Source of the DNA: Euryarchaeota archaeon UBA552
GTDB taxonomy: Archaea; Thermoplasmatota; Poseidoniia; Poseidoniales; Thalassarchaeaceae
Direction of reading: 5' to 3'
Length of the DNA stretch: 64,000 nt
NCBI GenBank assembly: GCA_002499585.1
Contig: DAMH01000027.1
Span: forward strand, 138,698 to 202,697
The position numbers and the translations under genes are program-made. Position 1 is the stretch's first letter; the number at the start of each line of letters is the position of its first letter. This document shows positions 16,377 to 25,266 of this stretch, one piece after another. The notes beneath the pieces were generated by a model. It was not told where the DNA came from, did not search any database, and worked only from the letters and a program-made list of their open reading frames with translations.

Positions 16377-18680
16377 TCATCCAAGGAGGATCAGACTAAC
16401 CTGCATTACAGCAGCGCCAAATATCGCACCGACAATCATGTGTCTCGGTCTTTCCTGGGCCCATGCTTGAGGAATCAGCTCTTTGTATGCGACAACGGTC
16501 ATTATGCCCCCTACGAACGCGAGAGATGAACCAACGATAAATGGGCTCAATATCGGCCCCAAGACCAATAGGGCAAATATTGCGCCCAAAGGCTCGGTCA
16601 TACCGGTTCCCATGGCAATCAAGGTGGCTTTCAAACGGCCTCCCCCTCCAGCCTTTATAGGAGCTGCAACTGCTATTCCCTCAGGTATATTATGCAGTGC
16701 TATAGCGGCCATGAGGACAAGCCCATATTGTGCAGATTCAAGGACCGCTACGCCGATGGCAAGACCCTCTGGAAAGTTATGAATCGCCAGTGCAATTGCG
16801 GTGAGTATCCCTGATTTGTATAATTTCTTTTCACGGGAAAGTTCTTGATTTTCCTCGTCTCTAGAATTGTACAGGCTAACAGCATATACAGTTGCCATTC
16901 CGATTACAAAGAAACCAGTTATTGACATGAAGCCGAATTCCAATGCCTGTTTGAACCAAAGATCTGCGACAGAGACGAGCAACATCACACCAGCAGCCAT
17001 GGCAAGTAAAAAAGCCATGAACTCAGGAGTTATTTCCCTCATAATGAAGACAATCAATCCGCCAATTCCTGTTGCAAGGCCAGCAAGAAGAGCGATGATG
17101 AATGGGAAAACCCATGACTCAGACTCGCCCTCAAATCCGGGTACTTGTAACAAAGGTTCACTGTTTATTTGATATCCTCCCCGATCTAAAATAACATGGA
17201 GGGCTATCTCCACAGTCAATCCTAGACCTTCCCTGTTCACGATTGATGGGACATCACTGTTTCTGTGATACTCACCATATTCCCATCCAAAAAATGCGAT
17301 GGTATCGATATCGTGTTTGTTGAAAGATCTATGATCACTGTTAACACTATGATCGTTAAGAGAGACTCCAGCAGTGTATTCAGACCACTTTGTGTCTCCT
17401 AGTGTTGATTTTCTGACTCTCTCAATTAATTCAAGTAGATCCTGTTCTGAGGTCTCAATCCCCAGGGTTCCGAGGCCAATTGAAGGGTCTAAATTTGTCG
17501 AATCAAGGTTTATGTAGAGATCTATTTCGTCAGTGTATCCTGAGTTTTCTTGAAGGAATTTTTGACTGCCGAGCATACCTAATTCTTCTCCGCCCCAAGT
17601 GATGAATGTGACTGTTGACTCCGGTTTCATGTCGACCATGTGACTAGCGACTTCAATCAAATGGGATACTCCAACGGCATTGTCAACAGCACCAGGGCTG
17701 GTGTAAACGGAATCATGATGTGCTCCGACCAGTATTTCTCCATCAGCTGACCCTTGAACTTCTCCCTTTACGATTTTGAGTTTCCTTGTACCAACGTTAT
17801 TCCCCTCCCAAAATCCATCCAGAGAAGCATGCAGAAGAGGGTCTGAAGATGCCTGCTCAATATAGTCGTGAAAAGTATTAGCAACAGCCTCAGAGATGTA
17901 TATGTAAGGTATCAAAAGGTCAGAGTATTGTCCTCCGTAGGCTTCTGGAAATGGTACGGTATTCCCCTCTTCAATGACTGTAACTGACTTGAATGGAGGG
18001 TTTTCAACCCCTACGGTGTAGACCATGACTACACCAGCATTGCCATCAATGGAATCTCTGTAGATATCCGCGAGGCTCCTGGATCCGTCTAACTCTATCA
18101 TTACTGCAAGATCCGTTAAGTCCCCTGCGTCCGCAAAGGTCTGTTCTGATCCGTTTCCTAGGAAAGTCAGCATGTTGTCATGTTTATGATTGGATCCTGA
18201 ATAACCAAGATAAGTGAAGGCCTCCATGTGATTTAAGTCGCCAGTTTCATCCACGGCAATCCTAGCAGTACCTGCCGTCCCATCAGGTAATCCCGGTATA
18301 TTTTGTGCACCTTGTTCCAACTGTGCATGCATCAATATCTGGTGCTCGTCCGGCTCGGCATCTACAAACCATGAGCTTAAGAAATCATATTCAATCACCT
18401 CTACGTTCACTAAACCGATTTCAGTGAATCGCTGGCTGATATACTGCGAGGCTAAATTTTCACTTTCCGAGCCCGAAACCCTCGGACCGAATGAGGTGAT
18501 TTGATCGATATCGTTCATCATACTTTCCTCATCCACACTGAAACTAACCTCCTCCCCCTCATGCCAAATGAACTCATAACACAAACAAGAAATGAGGATT
18601 ATCGCCGATATCACCCCAGTCCGATTAAGCAGGGTGTCGGACGAGGATCTCATATCGTATTGGTGAGGGATTTGATTCAT
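16377..18680 (-). CDS. Fusion protein: N-terminal TM anchor, M28 zinc aminopeptidase ectodomain (with PA-like insert) and C-terminal ZIP (ZupT-like) metal permease
   Basis: M28 motifs are FGPRVSGSESE, LVGAHHDSV, GAVDNAVG, WGGEELGMLGS, NLDS and NSDHRSF. The ZIP domain spans roughly aa 522-767 (16377-17117), has multiple TM helices, and carries the paired signatures HNFPEGLAIGVA and LHNIPEGIAVAAP. Confidence 0.85.
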   Translation of the reverse strand: MNQIPHQYDMRSSSDTLLNRTGVISAIILISCLCYEFIWHEGEEVSFSVDEESMMNDIDQITSFGPRVSGSESENLASQYISQRFTEIGLVNVEVIEYDFLSSWFVDAEPDEHQILMHAQLEQGAQNIPGLPDGTAGTARIAVDETGDLNHMEAFTYLGYSGSNHKHDNMLTFLGNGSEQTFADAGDLTDLAVMIELDGSRSLADIYRDSIDGNAGVVMVYTVGVENPPFKSVTVIEEGNTVPFPEAYGGQYSDLLIPYIYISEAVANTFHDYIEQASSDPLLHASLDGFWEGNNVGTRKLKIVKGEVQGSADGEILVGAHHDSVYTSPGAVDNAVGVSHLIEVASHMVDMKPESTVTFITWGGEELGMLGSQKFLQENSGYTDEIDLYINLDSTNLDPSIGLGTLGIETSEQDLLELIERVRKSTLGDTKWSEYTAGVSLNDHSVNSDHRSFNKHDIDTIAFFGWEYGEYHRNSDVPSIVNREGLGLTVEIALHVILDRGGYQINSEPLLQVPGFEGESESWVFPFIIALLAGLATGIGGLIVFIMREITPEFMAFLLAMAAGVMLLVSVADLWFKQALEFGFMSITGFFVIGMATVYAVSLYNSRDEENQELSREKKLYKSGILTAIALAIHNFPEGLAIGVAVLESAQYGLVLMAAIALHNIPEGIAVAAPIKAGGGGRLKATLIAMGTGMTEPLGAIFALLVLGPILSPFIVGSSLAFVGGIMTVVAYKELIPQAWAQERPRHMIVGAIFGAAVMQVSLILLG

Positions 18681-18851
18681 AAATTTAGGGAGGCCTAAAT
18701 GCAGAAAAAACGAGGAAAATACATTAAATTAAAAATTTCATAATTACATTCACTGTTATAGAGGGAGATCTATCAAATTCTGGTTAAGTCCCATCAAACA
18801 ACATTTTTCCGATAAAAAATGATAATGTAGCATTCACCTTGCGCGACAAAC

Positions 18852-19130
18852 ATGGTCGGCAGGGCATTGGAGGGGCTTACCTCAAAAGATGCGAAGTTTT
18901 CAAAATCCCAGGTCGTTGTTGGAACTTTGTCGCCACCAGGTATTATGGCCATAGCGATTTTCTTAGATTCCAAAATAATTGTCGGGCTCTACCTGTACCT
19001 ATTTCACTGGTTATTCTTACTAACCAGCATGAGGTTTGGTTTGAGAGGTGTGGCTCTAGGGTGGCTTTTGGGCACAGCACTGATGATCTTTATGCTCCCT
19101 TTAGTAGCGATTGAGGTATTCTTAGAGTGA
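18852..19130 (+). CDS. Possible small membrane protein (2-3 TM helices)
   Basis: The 92-aa ORF has hydrophobic segments (IMAIAIFLDSKIIVGLYLYLFHWLFLL; ALGWLLGTALMIFMLPLVAI). It is the only plausible ORF in this gap, and it overlaps a competing 91-aa ORF in another frame. Confidence 0.35.
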   Translation: MVGRALEGLTSKDAKFSKSQVVVGTLSPPGIMAIAIFLDSKIIVGLYLYLFHWLFLLTSMRFGLRGVALGWLLGTALMIFMLPLVAIEVFLE

Positions 19131-19133
19131 CGA

Positions 19134-19514
19134 TCAAATTGCGAGAAATGCGATGTTGGATAAGAGGATCATCAGCGTGAATGACACACTGATTCGATGG
19201 AGGCTATCAAATAATTTCTTGTTACCCTCATCAGATGCCCTATTGGTTGCAGGGATTATCAAGTAGCATATCCCTGCGAGGATAATGGTCAAAAGGCCGA
19301 TGATGTAGTGAATATTATTTTCCTGCCCAGTAAGGTACAACGTAATTATTGTTATAATCCCTAAGAGAGTTATGCATAGGAAGAATTTGGGCCATAAAGC
19401 TCTGATTACCACGCCGAATTCCGATATCTCAAGTTCCCTGAACAATGTAGGCGCCACCAAAGCACTCTGGAATAAAACTATGCCAACGATCATACCTGGG
19501 AAGAAATAATACAA
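19134..19514 (-). CDS. Small 4-TM membrane protein (DUF4149/TMEM205-like)
   Basis: The 126-aa ORF contains 'VLFQSALVAPTLFREL ... RALWPKFF', as in DUF4149. It lies 2 nt downstream of the acyl-CoA dehydrogenase gene. Confidence 0.6.
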   Translation of the reverse strand: MYYFFPGMIVGIVLFQSALVAPTLFRELEISEFGVVIRALWPKFFLCITLLGIITIITLYLTGQENNIHYIIGLLTIILAGICYLIIPATNRASDEGNKKLFDSLHRISVSFTLMILLSNIAFLAI

Positions 19515-19516
19515 TT

Positions 19517-20659
19517 TTACTCCCCCCTAATCTTGCGAATTTCTCTTGTAATTATCATGCGCTGAATTTGACTGGTTCCACCAAAAATCTGGTAAATTTT
19601 AGCGCCCCTCATTCTCCTTGCGGCTGGGAATTCTTCGGAATAACCATATCCTCCAAAGATCTGAACTGCATCGGTTGTCACCTCCATGCCGATATCAGCG
19701 GCATACCTTTTGGCGTGGGCCGACTCAAGAGTGGCCCTTTCACCATCATCGAGTTTCATTGCCGAATTGTGTGTTAACAGTCTTCCCGCTTCTATTTTTG
19801 TAGCCATATCAGCAAGCATGAAAGATATGGCCTGATGCTCAATTATGGGTTTTGAGAAGGCTTCTCGCTTGGTCGCATAAGCCCATGCTTCTTCCATTGC
19901 GCCTCTGGCATTACCCACTGCGTGCGAAGCCAACATTGGTCTTGATCGATCAAAGGCAATCATCGCCTGCATCCAGCCATCTCCCTCCTTGCCCCCCAAG
20001 AGGCTCGACGATGGTACCAAGACATCATCAAAACTGACTGCCCTTGTATCCGAGCACCTCTGGCCCATCTTCTCTTCCTTTTTTCCTATCCTTACACCAG
20101 GGGCGTCTGCTTCGACTATGAACCCGCTTAAGTCATCGCGAGATTTGCCGTCCCCGGTTTTTGCCAGGACGTAAAACCAATCGGCATAACCGGCGCCACC
20201 GATCCACATTTTAGAACCCGATATTCTGTAACTATCCCCCTCCCGCTTAGCAGATGTCTGTATTGCCTTAACATCCGAACCCGCTCCAGGCTCAGTGACA
20301 CAATACGCCGAGATCTGGCCATCGCAAACGCGCCCCAGATATTCTTGTTTTTGCTCTTCGGTACCTGAGTAAATCACCGGATGGCAGGCAAGCATCGTTA
20401 CACCGGTTATAGTCGCAAAACCCGGATCTCCACGGCCCAGTTCCTCATTGATCACGACCTCGTCCAGAAAACTAAGACCCATGCCTCCGTACTGCTCGGG
20501 TATGGTGCAATTAAGCAAGCCAAGTTCCCTAGCTTTTCCTATCGCCTCGGAGGGAAACGTCCCTTCTCTATCCCATTCCTCGGCATTTGGTATCAACTCT
20601 TCATCTGCAAAAATTCTTGAAAGTTCCTGAAGCATTTTTTGATCTTCGTTGAGATTCAT
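19517..20659 (-). CDS. Acyl-CoA dehydrogenase
   Basis: Motifs include 'YCVTEPGAGSD', 'KMWIGGAGYADWF' and the C-terminal 'QIFGGYGYSEEFPAARRMRGAKIYQIFGGTSQIQRMII'. Confidence 0.9.
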   Translation of the reverse strand: MNLNEDQKMLQELSRIFADEELIPNAEEWDREGTFPSEAIGKARELGLLNCTIPEQYGGMGLSFLDEVVINEELGRGDPGFATITGVTMLACHPVIYSGTEEQKQEYLGRVCDGQISAYCVTEPGAGSDVKAIQTSAKREGDSYRISGSKMWIGGAGYADWFYVLAKTGDGKSRDDLSGFIVEADAPGVRIGKKEEKMGQRCSDTRAVSFDDVLVPSSSLLGGKEGDGWMQAMIAFDRSRPMLASHAVGNARGAMEEAWAYATKREAFSKPIIEHQAISFMLADMATKIEAGRLLTHNSAMKLDDGERATLESAHAKRYAADIGMEVTTDAVQIFGGYGYSEEFPAARRMRGAKIYQIFGGTSQIQRMIITREIRKIRGE

Positions 20660-20819
20660 GAGGAAAACACCTAGGTTCGGGTTAGGGGCCTGTTGTGGAA
20701 TGACGCCCGCAGTCCAATATAGTTTAGGATGGCCTAAATTGGAATAAACGCCTGTATTTCCTCAGTAGAGAAATTCATTCAGTCCAAGGCGATTGTGAAA
20801 TCTGTTAGGAAGGTGTCAA

Positions 20820-20885
20820 TCAGCAGCACGAGTCACATGAACACGATTGGCCGCAAGGATTGCAATCACAGCAATTACATGGCAT
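20820..20885 (-). CDS. Candidate 21-aa cysteine-rich (metallothionein-like) peptide, below the ORF-track size cutoff
   Basis: The minus-strand ORF is ATG CCA TGT AAT TGC TGT GAT TGC AAT CCT TGC GGC CAA TCG TGT TCA TGT GAC TCG TGC TGC TGA, which encodes MPCNCCDCNPCGQSCSCDSCC*. Nine of 21 residues are Cys, arranged as C-x-C and C-C motifs. It lies in a 360-nt gap that has no other annotation. Confidence 0.45.
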   Translation of the reverse strand: MPCNCCDCNPCGQSCSCDSCC

Positions 20886-21019
20886 GATCGGTGTTCATAA
20901 TTTTGGTATTTAGACGTGTTCTATACCTGTCTGCAATTGAATTGTTTTTACCGCATTTAGGACTTCATGATCACTCCTGAACGTGTTATTTCTACGCAGC
21001 TGGAGATGTTACTCTCCAT

Positions 21020-21991
21020 GTGTCGTATTGTGGTTTGGTTGCGGGAGAACATGGTGTTATGAATGAAATCATTCCAGTGACAATATGTACCATGGCGACT
21101 GAAAGGAGTGATTATGCCCTAACTGGGGTTGTATTGGTAGTGGTTTTACTCGTCACCACTCTCACAACAAACGCCGTTGAATCCAGATCAGTGCAAATTT
21201 ATGGCGTAAGTTCTGTGGCTTGGTGTGCTTTGATTGCCCTCGGGATTCAGTGGCTTGCATGGATTCCGGCGTCACTGTTGCAAACAGAGAGATTTTACGA
21301 CTTGTTGGGTGGAGTTACATACCTAGCACTGGTGGTGTTTAGCCTTTGGGCGGGTTCTCAAAATCATGGCGTCAGCACCAGGGAGGTAGTGATTAGTTTA
21401 CTCGTGGTTGTTTGGACCATACGCCTCTCAGGTTTCCTATTTTTGCGGATACACAATTCTGGGAAAGATGGGCGTTTCGACCATTTGAAGACCTCCGCGA
21501 TCCGATTCCTCGTTCCGTGGACATTACAAGCGATGTGGGTATTTTTGACCATGATAGTCGTGATAGTCATCAACAGTCAAGCTGTTGATTCCGCTCCGAT
21601 GAATATTTTCGATGCAATTGGCGTCAGTCTATGGGTTGCAGGTTTTGCTATCGAGGTTATTGCAGACGCCCAGAAAAGCCGTTTCAAGACTGAACCGGAT
21701 AACAGGGGGAAATGGATAGATGAGGGGTTGTGGTCGCTAAGTCGCCACCCGAATTATCTAGGCGAGATCGTTTTGTGGACTGGCATAGCGGTCATGGGAA
21801 CAGGTAGCTTAGAAGGAACGGAATTAGCAGCTTGGATATCCCCCGTATTTGTATATCTATTATTGACCAAGGTGAGCGGAGTTCCGATTCTTGACAAGCG
21901 TGGGAATGAAAAATGGGGAGATGACCCAGAGTATCAAAAATACGTAGATAAGACGCCAATGCTGGTCCCACGTCTAAGGTTCAACCGATAA
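21020..21991 (+). CDS. DUF1295 / steroid 5-alpha-reductase-like polytopic membrane protein
   Basis: The C-terminal signature is 'GLWSLSRHPNYLGEIVLWTGIAV'. There are multiple TM helices. The true start is probably an internal ATG (21059 or 21092). Confidence 0.8.
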   Translation: MSYCGLVAGEHGVMNEIIPVTICTMATERSDYALTGVVLVVVLLVTTLTTNAVESRSVQIYGVSSVAWCALIALGIQWLAWIPASLLQTERFYDLLGGVTYLALVVFSLWAGSQNHGVSTREVVISLLVVVWTIRLSGFLFLRIHNSGKDGRFDHLKTSAIRFLVPWTLQAMWVFLTMIVVIVINSQAVDSAPMNIFDAIGVSLWVAGFAIEVIADAQKSRFKTEPDNRGKWIDEGLWSLSRHPNYLGEIVLWTGIAVMGTGSLEGTELAAWISPVFVYLLLTKVSGVPILDKRGNEKWGDDPEYQKYVDKTPMLVPRLRFNR

Positions 21992-22128
21992 TAGGCATCT
22001 CAGAAACGCTAATTTATGGCGTTGAATTACTATTGATTCTTGCCCCTGATTTTCCTCCTTTTTCTCTTGGGAAGCATCATACTGTCAAAACAAGGAGTCG
22101 ATTTCGAAGCGAATTCCCTTGCCCCGAA

Positions 22129-22323
22129 CTATGCATCCTCTTCATCGCTCAAACGGAGATCGTCTATTTTCTTCTCTGCTTGTTCGATTTCTTCTCGGCA
22201 TCTTTTCAAGAGGTCAGACCCCTCTTCAAACATCTTGAGTGTCTCATTAAGGCTTAAGCCCCCTGATTCGAGTTCTGATACTATATCTTCAATTCTTTTC
22301 ATTGCCTCTGTGTATTTCATCAT
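22129..22323 (-). CDS. xseB: Exodeoxyribonuclease VII small subunit
   Basis: The 64-aa sequence 'YTEAMKRIEDIVSELESGGLSLNETLKMFEEGSDLLKRCREEIEQAEKKI' is a typical XseB helical hairpin. It overlaps the xseA stop by 4 nt. Confidence 0.85.
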   Translation of the reverse strand: MMKYTEAMKRIEDIVSELESGGLSLNETLKMFEEGSDLLKRCREEIEQAEKKIDDLRLSDEEDA

Positions 22324-23501
22324 CTCACCTTCGTTTCTATTTGTCCGTCTTGTACGACTACTGTTAGATAATCCCCAGAATTCACATCCGATTTACTAGT
22401 TATTATCCTTCCTTCCGGGTCCAAGGCCATGGAATATCCTCTTTCCAAAACTTTCACAGGACTAATGGAGGCCAGAAGGGATCCATGTGCTTCCATTTTG
22501 CTTTTTTCCAGCAGAATATATTTCTCCATCGCAGATGTGATTCTGCTCTGGAGCTTGGCTTGCCTCAATTTCGCTTTCGATAACCCTCTTAAGGGGGCAG
22601 AACTCAGCCGCATTCTTATTTGAGAGATTTTTTGATACTCCGATTGAAAAAATCGATCCATGGCGAAATCCAATCTATCCTTTGCTTGAGATATCTGCGA
22701 TGTGAGCTCCTCTCTGATCGGGACCACCCTTTCAATGGCGTTTGAGGGAGTTGATGCCCTGAGGTCAGCGACCATGTCGCTGACTAAGAGGTCTGATTCA
22801 TGGCCTATTGCGCTCACAACGGGGGGCTTGCTATCAATTATGGCTTGACAGACAGATTCTAAGTTGAAAGCCCACAAATCCTCAGGAGATCCTCCTCCCC
22901 TGCCCACGATGATTAGATCAGCAGAGTCTTGTGATGCTTTGATAGCATCAATGATCTGTCTGGGAGCACTGTTACCTTGGACAAGCACAGGGATAACTTT
23001 GTAATTAAAATTGGGCCACCTATCGTGAATTATCCTCTCCATGTCAGAGAGTGCCGCACTCTTGGCACCGGTAATTATGTGTAATCGCTTGGGTATCATC
23101 GGCAATTTCTTCCTCGGCCTATCCAATGTTCCATCCATTCTCCATTTTTGTATTAACTCCCTGCGTATCCTTTCAAGATCCCCTATCCCTCTGAGTGGCT
23201 CCACTTTAGTAGCCTTGAATTGCATCCGGCCTGTGTTCACATAAACATCGATGCTTCCATGGACTATGACTTTCGTTCCTTCTCTGATATCCTGTGCAAT
23301 GAATTCAGCATTCCCGCGAAAGTAGACACAATCTATAGATCCGCCTGAATCTGTAAGTGTGAAATAACTATGTCCAGACCTTGCCATTGTGAGTTTTGTT
23401 AGCTCCCCCAAGATGGAGACTTGAGTCAGGGCTCTCTCGGAGACCAAAACCCCTCTCGCGATGGTGACGAATTGGCCAACTCCCATCGGCTCCTGTAGCA
23501 T
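22320..23501 (-). CDS. xseA: Exodeoxyribonuclease VII large subunit
   Basis: The N-terminal OB fold reads 'VSILGELTKLTMARSGHSYFTLTDSGGSIDCVYFRG'. The catalytic core contains 'IIVGRGGGSPEDLWAFN' and 'ISAIGHESD'. Confidence 0.9.
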   Translation of the reverse strand: MLQEPMGVGQFVTIARGVLVSERALTQVSILGELTKLTMARSGHSYFTLTDSGGSIDCVYFRGNAEFIAQDIREGTKVIVHGSIDVYVNTGRMQFKATKVEPLRGIGDLERIRRELIQKWRMDGTLDRPRKKLPMIPKRLHIITGAKSAALSDMERIIHDRWPNFNYKVIPVLVQGNSAPRQIIDAIKASQDSADLIIVGRGGGSPEDLWAFNLESVCQAIIDSKPPVVSAIGHESDLLVSDMVADLRASTPSNAIERVVPIREELTSQISQAKDRLDFAMDRFFQSEYQKISQIRMRLSSAPLRGLSKAKLRQAKLQSRITSAMEKYILLEKSKMEAHGSLLASISPVKVLERGYSMALDPEGRIITSKSDVNSGDYLTVVVQDGQIETKVR

Positions 23502-23703
23502 GTAGGAGAACCAGTGCTTTGCGGTTATTCAAGACTGCTAAACATGTCTGAATTGAAACGCTAATTCTATGTCCTAGCACGTACCTGTGAATACAATTTA
23601 ATGGTAATCTGGGAGTATTCAAACACCAGCTAGTAGTAATTCCAAATCAGTGAATCGTTTGAAAATATCCCGTAGTTTATCGATTTACTTCCTTTTGAGG
23701 GGT

Positions 23704-24423
23704 CTAGACGACATCGTTCCCAAGATCGAACAATAAGACATAACTATCACTCGTAAAAGTGATGTCCAGTTCTTCTGGGCCGTTTAGATAAAGGCCATCC
23801 CCCTCACTCAAACTCATTCCATTGACCACGGCTCCTCCCTTCGGAAGGTGAAAATACCCTAATCTAAATCCCTCTATTTTGTGTTTTATTTCCGTTTTTG
23901 CGTCGATATCGCCTCCATATATGGTTGCGTCTTGATGAATTGACACCCCTCCCAATGCCCCATTTGGACTTGCCAAAACTGACAAAGTCTGATCACTGGC
24001 GATGTTGGTGGTGTCAATAGCCATTTGCTGGTAAGACGGTTCAATCCCTGTTTTCTCGGGCACTATCCAAATTTGCAGGAATTCCGTCGGCCGATCCTGG
24101 TAATGATTAGTCTCACTGTGAGTTACCCCATTTCCAGCGCTCATTCGTTGTATTTCTCCCGGGCTGATGACTGCTTGGTTCCCCTCGCTATCCCTGTGTT
24201 CCAGCGCCCCATCCAGTACTATGGAAATTATTTCCATGTCCTTGTGTCCATGAGATGGGAAGCCAGAGCCTCCTGCGATGACATCTTGATTGAGCACTCT
24301 GAGAGGTCCGATGCCCATGTGCTCTGGATTATACCAACTAGCAAAGGAGAAAGAGTGCCGTGTGTCTAGCCATCCGTGGTTAGCATAGCCTCTGTCTGTC
24401 GACCTGTGTAACTTTATGGGCAT
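23704..24423 (-). CDS. Pirin-family bicupin protein
   Basis: The sequence 'RGYANHGWLDTRHSFSFASWYNPEHMGIGPLRVLNQDVIAGGSGFPSHGHKDMEIISIVLDGALEHRDSEGN' includes the His/Glu metal ligands. The start is set at the internal ATG (MPIKLH). Confidence 0.9.
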   Translation of the reverse strand: MPIKLHRSTDRGYANHGWLDTRHSFSFASWYNPEHMGIGPLRVLNQDVIAGGSGFPSHGHKDMEIISIVLDGALEHRDSEGNQAVISPGEIQRMSAGNGVTHSETNHYQDRPTEFLQIWIVPEKTGIEPSYQQMAIDTTNIASDQTLSVLASPNGALGGVSIHQDATIYGGDIDAKTEIKHKIEGFRLGYFHLPKGGAVVNGMSLSEGDGLYLNGPEELDITFTSDSYVLLFDLGNDVV

Positions 24424-24548
24424 GCTGATTATTACGAAGGTTTGAGTTTTAACCCATGTTTTGCATCTCAGTATCCAAAGCACAATTTTCCTGGTTTAAA
24501 TCGCATACAGACGTAAATATAACCAGACTGGGTGAAATTTACTATAAC

Positions 24549-25208
24549 ATGCACTGTGTGGACTCTGGCCAAGTTGAAGAATACGTGAAATCTGCGAGTT
24601 TCGTTCACATTCTGGGTTCTGGCCTGAACAGTGAAAGACCTGCACACACGGCGGTGCACGATCTATCTGAGAGGGGATGGAATCCAATACCAGTTCACAT
24701 CAGGGACGCAGGAGGGAGCGTAGGTGGATTTCCGATAAGACCTGACATGGAGGACAGGTCCGATCTTGAGATCGTTGTTCTATTTTTAGCACCTGAAAGA
24801 TCGAGGGATGTGGTGAGGAGGCTTCTGGTCGCCAATACCCGACAGCCATCACTGATTTGGTTTCAAAACGGCGCAGAGGATGATATCGCAATGTCTTGGT
24901 TGGACAGCGCTGGCTGGAATTACGTAAAGGACGATTGTATTGTGAGATTCGTGCAGCGTCATGACCTGATTGTAGAAAGCAACCCCCTCCCTTGGTTCAA
25001 ACAGGTACAGAGTGAAGATGAGTCTGGGTGTTCCGTGTGGAGTGTGCATGAGTTTGGAGAAGACTCGCCGAAAGGAACTTCAGAACTCGAATGGATCGGT
25101 GATCTTCGAGATTTGGAAGCCTCCCCCAAACCTGTCCCAGCGTATATTCGAAGTCTAATGAAGGAGACCGAAACTCTTGAACAATGCGCAAGGAGGCTGG
25201 CGAAATAG
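24549..25208 (+). CDS. CoA-binding domain protein (YccU/YneT-like) with a C-terminal extension
   Basis: The Rossmann-like CoA_binding region reads 'SFVHILGSGLNSERPAHTAVHDLSERGWNPIPVH ... EIVVLFLAPERS'. The start is set at the internal ATG (MHCVDSG). Confidence 0.65.
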   Translation: MHCVDSGQVEEYVKSASFVHILGSGLNSERPAHTAVHDLSERGWNPIPVHIRDAGGSVGGFPIRPDMEDRSDLEIVVLFLAPERSRDVVRRLLVANTRQPSLIWFQNGAEDDIAMSWLDSAGWNYVKDDCIVRFVQRHDLIVESNPLPWFKQVQSEDESGCSVWSVHEFGEDSPKGTSELEWIGDLRDLEASPKPVPAYIRSLMKETETLEQCARRLAK

Positions 25209-25266
25209 ACAGTCTGGCTATTGTGCTGGGACCATTTTTACATCGGATTGAAGAGAGGCTGACGGG

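Noticed and set aside
18699-18743. 14-codon ORF MQKKRGKYIKLKIS with a perfect GGGAGG 5 nt upstream
   Set aside because: It is too short and too AT-rich to distinguish from chance. It lies in the promoter region of the divergent M28-ZIP gene and resembles no family I know. It is only worth revisiting if it proves to be conserved.
22030-22080. 16-aa basic minus-strand ORF (MMLPKRKRRKIRGKNQ) just downstream of xseB
   Set aside because: It has no ribosome-binding signal and no recognisable family. The sequence is purine-rich and low in complexity, so the ORF is probably a chance occurrence.
22033-22399. 74-aa and 119-aa plus-strand ORFs
   Set aside because: They are antisense to xseB and the xseA 3' end. 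They are Ser/Leu/Phe-rich shadow ORFs.
24424-24548. Overlapping N-terminal extensions of the divergent pirin and CoA-binding ORFs
   Set aside because: Using the track starts would make the two divergent genes overlap at their 5' ends. The internal ATGs (24423 and 24549) coincide with the starts of the conserved domains.
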